This document shows positions 60,700 through 64,000 of a stretch of DNA of 64,000 nucleotides, in pieces. The DNA lies in contig JBMFRB010000005.1 in NCBI GenBank assembly GCA_049968255.1, positions 37,822 through 101,821 of the forward strand. Direction: 5' to 3'. The stretch is from Candidatus Sumerlaeaceae bacterium (lineage in GTDB: Bacteria; Sumerlaeota; Sumerlaeia; Sumerlaeales; Sumerlaeaceae). Under the pieces are notes generated by a model, which had not been told where the DNA came from, searched no databases, and saw nothing but the letters and a program-made list of their open reading frames with translations. A program made the position numbers and the translations under genes. How positions within the stretch are numbered: the stretch's first letter is position 1; every line of letters begins with the position of its first letter.

Positions 60700-62598
60700 A
60701 TGGCAAAGTATTTCCCAGAACTGGAAGAAGTTGTGAAGAAGTCCGAAGTGCTCACCGCTGTCGAGCGCGTGAAGAAGCTTGCCCCGAAGGGCAAGGCGGT
60801 GAGTGAAGACCCCGAGCTTCAAAAACAGCTCGAGGCAGCTGGCTGCTGGGCTGCCGACTGGAGCAAGGTGCGCGTGGCCGATGGCTTTAGTCCGCGCCGC
60901 GTGGCGGCTGTGAAGTTTTTCGGTGAAGTCTATCTCGGGAAGTTCACGGAAAACGAAATTGAGGCGGACAAAGGCGTCAAGCTTCCCGCGGGCGTTTATC
61001 ACAGTGTGGTGTGCGACAGCGTGATCGAGGACGACGCCCTTATTCATAACGTTGGCGTGCTGTCGAACTACGTTGTCGGCCCGCGCGCGGTCGTCATGAA
61101 CTGCAAGACGGTCAGTGCCACTCCCGGCACCGCGTTTGGCAATGGTGTCGAGATGTCGATCGCCATCGAGACCGGCGGCCGCGAGGTTCTGTCCTATGCA
61201 GAGCTTTCGATCCCCGTGGCGGAAAAAGTGGCAAAGAGCCGCGATAACAAAGAACTGCTGGCTGAGTACGCGGATTTCGTGGCCAAATATGTGGATGCTG
61301 CGAAAAGCCCAAAAGGGATCATCGAAGAGGGCGCGAGGGTCACCAACACAGCCAAAGTGCTCAACACCTACGTTGGCCCTTATGCTGTGATTGATGGAGC
61401 CACCAAGGTTGCGGAGGCCACGCTGCTGTCGAACAAGGACGAAAAGACCGAAGTGCTTGACGGCGCGTGGGTGGTAAAATCCATTTTGCAATGGGGATGC
61501 GAAGCCGCCTCGATGGCCATTGTGGACAGCTCTGTGTGCACGGAGCACAGCCACGTCGAGCGCCACGGGAAGGTCACGCAGTCGATCCTGGGCCCGAACA
61601 CCGGAATTGCTGAAGGTGAGGTTACGGCCTCGCTTGTGGGACCATTCGTTGGGTTCCACCATCAATCGTTGCTCATTGCGGCGCTCTGGCCTGAGGGCAA
61701 AGGCAACGTGGGCTACGGTGCCAATGTTGGCTCGAACCATACGTCAAAAGCGCCGGATCAGGAAATTTGGCCGGGCGAAGGCACGTTCTTCGGTCTCGGC
61801 ACAAACATCAAATTCCCGAGCAATTTCACGAAGGCTCCTTACTCGATTATTGCTACGGCGGTAAATGCGTTGCCCCAAAAGGTGGAGTTCCCCTTCTCAC
61901 TCATCAACTCTCCTGCAGATCGCTACGAGGGGATTTCGCCGGCCTACAATGAAATCATGCCAGGCTGGGTGCTCAGCGACAATATCTACACTGTGAAGCG
62001 CAACGAAGGCAAGTACATCAAACGCAACAAGGCTCGTCGCAGCCAGTTTGTGTTCGAGGTGTTCCGTCCGGACATCGTGGACCTCATGATCGAAGCTCGC
62101 CGGCGCCTGCAGGAAGTGAAGGAGGTCAAGGCGGTTTACTCGGATAAGGATATCAAAGGGCTAGGCAAGAACTACATGCTCGAGTCGAGCCGCAAAAAAG
62201 GCATCGAAGCCTACAGCTTTTATATCCAGTTTTACGCGCTCAACGGCCTCAAGAAAAAGGTCGAAAAAACCATTGCAGAGAAGGGCGCGGCGGCCGTAAA
62301 AGATATCTTGACGGCTGCAAGTGACGACCCGCGTTGGGAACACGAGCGCAAAGTTCTTACGGCGGAGTTTGCGGGCAAGGACGTGAAGGAACTTCTGCAA
62401 CTGCTTGTTCAGTATCAGGAGAAAGTGGCCAAAGACGTCCAAGTCTCGAAAGAGAAAGATGATAATCGCGGGGCGCGTATCATCCCCGATTACGTCTATG
62501 CTCACGCTCCTGCTGAACAAGACGGCTTCGTGAAGGAAACGTGGGAAGCCACGAAGAAACTCAAAGCAGACGTCGAAGCACTGCTCGCTCAATTGTGA
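60700..62598 (+). CDS. DUF4954-like protein with a left-handed beta-helix region (GlmU-like fold)
   Basis: SD GAGGTG; ETGGREV, hexapeptide-like repeats, GPFVGFHHQSLLIAALWPEG, NVGYGANVGSNHT, PFSLI, RNE.KY..R. Confidence 0.8.
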   Translation: MAKYFPELEEVVKKSEVLTAVERVKKLAPKGKAVSEDPELQKQLEAAGCWAADWSKVRVADGFSPRRVAAVKFFGEVYLGKFTENEIEADKGVKLPAGVYHSVVCDSVIEDDALIHNVGVLSNYVVGPRAVVMNCKTVSATPGTAFGNGVEMSIAIETGGREVLSYAELSIPVAEKVAKSRDNKELLAEYADFVAKYVDAAKSPKGIIEEGARVTNTAKVLNTYVGPYAVIDGATKVAEATLLSNKDEKTEVLDGAWVVKSILQWGCEAASMAIVDSSVCTEHSHVERHGKVTQSILGPNTGIAEGEVTASLVGPFVGFHHQSLLIAALWPEGKGNVGYGANVGSNHTSKAPDQEIWPGEGTFFGLGTNIKFPSNFTKAPYSIIATAVNALPQKVEFPFSLINSPADRYEGISPAYNEIMPGWVLSDNIYTVKRNEGKYIKRNKARRSQFVFEVFRPDIVDLMIEARRRLQEVKEVKAVYSDKDIKGLGKNYMLESSRKKGIEAYSFYIQFYALNGLKKKVEKTIAEKGAAAVKDILTAASDDPRWEHERKVLTAEFAGKDVKELLQLLVQYQEKVAKDVQVSKEKDDNRGARIIPDYVYAHAPAEQDGFVKETWEATKKLKADVEALLAQL

Positions 62599-62737
62599 GG
62601 CGCTTCCTGCGAGTTGGCGAAGGCGGGCTCATCAGCGAGCCGGTCGCGTTGAGTCCGCCTCGCAGCAAGCGGGAAAGCTAGCAAGCTGAGGGGAGCAGAG
62701 CACAACGTGGTGTGACATCAGGAAAGGTGCGACAACC

Positions 62738-63199
62738 GTGGAGATCTACGTACGCAACAAGTGCAAGTCCAACATCATGACGACGCACCGGCTGAAGAAA
62801 ATTGCAACGAATGTCATTCGGCTGGTGCTCGAAGAGAAAGGACGCACATCGGCCGAAGTTTCGGTGGTGTTCGTCGACGAGCCCGAGATGCGGGCTCTGA
62901 ACAAAAATTACCGAGGCAAAGATAAGTCCACGGACGTCCTCGCATTTCCAATGTGCGAAGGACGTTTTGCTTCGATTAGTCCGGACTTGCTCGGCGACAT
63001 TGTGGTGTGCGTACCGGCCGCACAGCGACAGGCTGAGCAAAAGGACCACTCGCTCGAGCGCGAGCTTTCTCTGCTTCTCATTCATGGCCTTCTTCATCTT
63101 CTTGGATACGATCACGCGCACGAGAAAGAAGAGCGTCGCATGCGCGAGTTGGAGTCCGAATTCTTGGCACTTGTGGGCGAAGAGCTAAGCATTAGCTAA
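62738..63199 (+). CDS. ybeY: rRNA maturation endoribonuclease YbeY
   Basis: LNKNYRGKDKSTDVLAFP, LGDIVVC, IHGLLHLLGYDH. Confidence 0.95.
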   Translation: MEIYVRNKCKSNIMTTHRLKKIATNVIRLVLEEKGRTSAEVSVVFVDEPEMRALNKNYRGKDKSTDVLAFPMCEGRFASISPDLLGDIVVCVPAAQRQAEQKDHSLERELSLLLIHGLLHLLGYDHAHEKEERRMRELESEFLALVGEELSIS

Positions 63200-63248
63200 T
63201 AAGCTCGCTTTTCATCACAGGGACCAGAGTGCCTCGGGAGACCGACAG

Positions 63249-63290
63249 GCGGCACAAGTAGCAAGAGCTGCTTGTGCCGTTTTTTTCTTT
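63249..63290 (+). terminator. Intrinsic terminator after ybeY
   Basis: Stem GCGGCACAAGTAGC / GCTGCTTGTGCCGT followed by a TTTTTTCTTT tract. Confidence 0.8.
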
Positions 63291-63323
63291 ATGGCCTAGA
63301 GTTCTGCGGTTTGGTCACTGATT

Positions 63324-63362
63324 AAAAAGAAAAAGGCCTGCCTCGCCTGGGGCGAGACAGGC
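63324..63362 (-). terminator. Intrinsic terminator of the last minus-strand gene
   Basis: Minus-strand stem GCCTGTCTCGCC / GGCGAGGCAGGC (one G-U) followed by CTTTTTCTTTTT. Confidence 0.75.
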
Positions 63363-63419
63363 AGTCAGTTATTTGCTTTCGCGAAGAGAAAAACCTGGCC
63401 TTTTCTCCCTCAGCTTCAA

Positions 63420-64000
63420 TTATTCGTAGAGCGTCCAATCGGTGACGGCGCTGGCACCGAGCGTTTCGTACTTTATGTTATCCCATGCTGCGGCAAACGG
63501 ATAGCTCGATGCACTGCCATTGTCGTCATAGTAGCCCCACGCGGCATTTCCGCTACCATAAGTGGTATTTGTGCCAGAGACGACCGTGGTGCCGTCAACT
63601 TTACCCACGATGCTGCTTCCCGACATCTCGAGCTCAAAGAAGTGCCAACCTGTCGTCACGTCGCTCGATCCTTCCTGGATGAGAGTGTGCGACGTTCCCG
63701 ATTTTACAAACAGCACAGGTCGGAAATTGGTGGGATTGGGGGAAATTCCAGTCCAGCTCGAGTACGCCGTGACACCAAAGAAGTACGCCTGGCGGGTAGG
63801 CGAAACCTGGGGATTAGTGTTTTGCATCCGGCCGAGGATGAGATAGTCGCGCTCCAGCGGAGTGGCGTCAAGTGTGGTCCAATCCACGTACACCCATCCG
63901 GAAACGCGTGCATCCGCTTGCGGCGAGGGAGACGCTAGGTAAATCCAGTTGTAGCCGCCGCCACTAGAGCCGATATCTCCCACTCTGCACACATAGCCAT
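63420..64000 (-). CDS. C-terminal part of a probable exported beta-sandwich (ConA/LamG-like) protein ending in SAVTDWTLYE; 5' truncated by the window edge
   Basis: Frame open to the window edge; WHFFELEMSG..IVGKVDG, WDNIKY; Ser/Thr/Gly-rich composition. Confidence 0.75.
   Translation of the reverse strand, partial: GYVCRVGDIGSSGGGYNWIYLASPSPQADARVSGWVYVDWTTLDATPLERDYLILGRMQNTNPQVSPTRQAYFFGVTAYSSWTGISPNPTNFRPVLFVKSGTSHTLIQEGSSDVTTGWHFFELEMSGSSIVGKVDGTTVVSGTNTTYGSGNAAWGYYDDNGSASSYPFAAAWDNIKYETLGASAVTDWTLYE

Noticed and set aside
62602-62678. Long hairpin as a possible SRP RNA or tRNA
   Set aside because: Lacks the SRP helix-8 consensus and has no cloverleaf or T-loop

Overview
Bacterial chromosomal window, moderately GC-rich and densely coding (about 48 CDS). 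I saw no rRNA, tRNA, CRISPR array, transposase or prophage. Most genes are housekeeping: pta (partial), hflX, pgm, ileS-dksA-like-lspA, cdaA-cdaR-pdxJ, purine nucleoside phosphorylase, ligA, rarA, obgE, surA-pdxA, rplS, thrC, mfd, nagB, ybeY. There are also several amino-sugar and cell-wall genes (LysM deacetylase, NamZ/DUF1343, AGE epimerase, ROK-nagB-DUF4954, a multidomain GHL10-like secreted protein). The gene mix and the C-terminal tails of two exported-type proteins suggest a Sumerlaeota (BRC1)-like organism; this is inference and unverified. The main uncharacterised element is a minus-strand cluster at about 3563-9691 running into hflX. It holds a ~1230-aa lipoprotein of ~11-12 DUF4398-like helical repeats, flanked by two divergent paralogues of an unnamed helical family (one tail-anchored, one soluble), an unannotated 36-aa membrane microprotein and a Pro-rich secreted protein. 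Also notable are an orphan PilB/GspE-like ATPase with doubled MshEN motifs next to a solenoid/beta-propeller/Ser-Thr kinase, a probable catalytically dead type IIG restriction-modification derivative, a histone-H1-like DksA fusion, a switch-like rplS leader and two candidate C-terminal sorting motifs. Start codons were adjusted by eye using Shine-Dalgarno (SD) signals. All family calls are motif recognition, not database searches.
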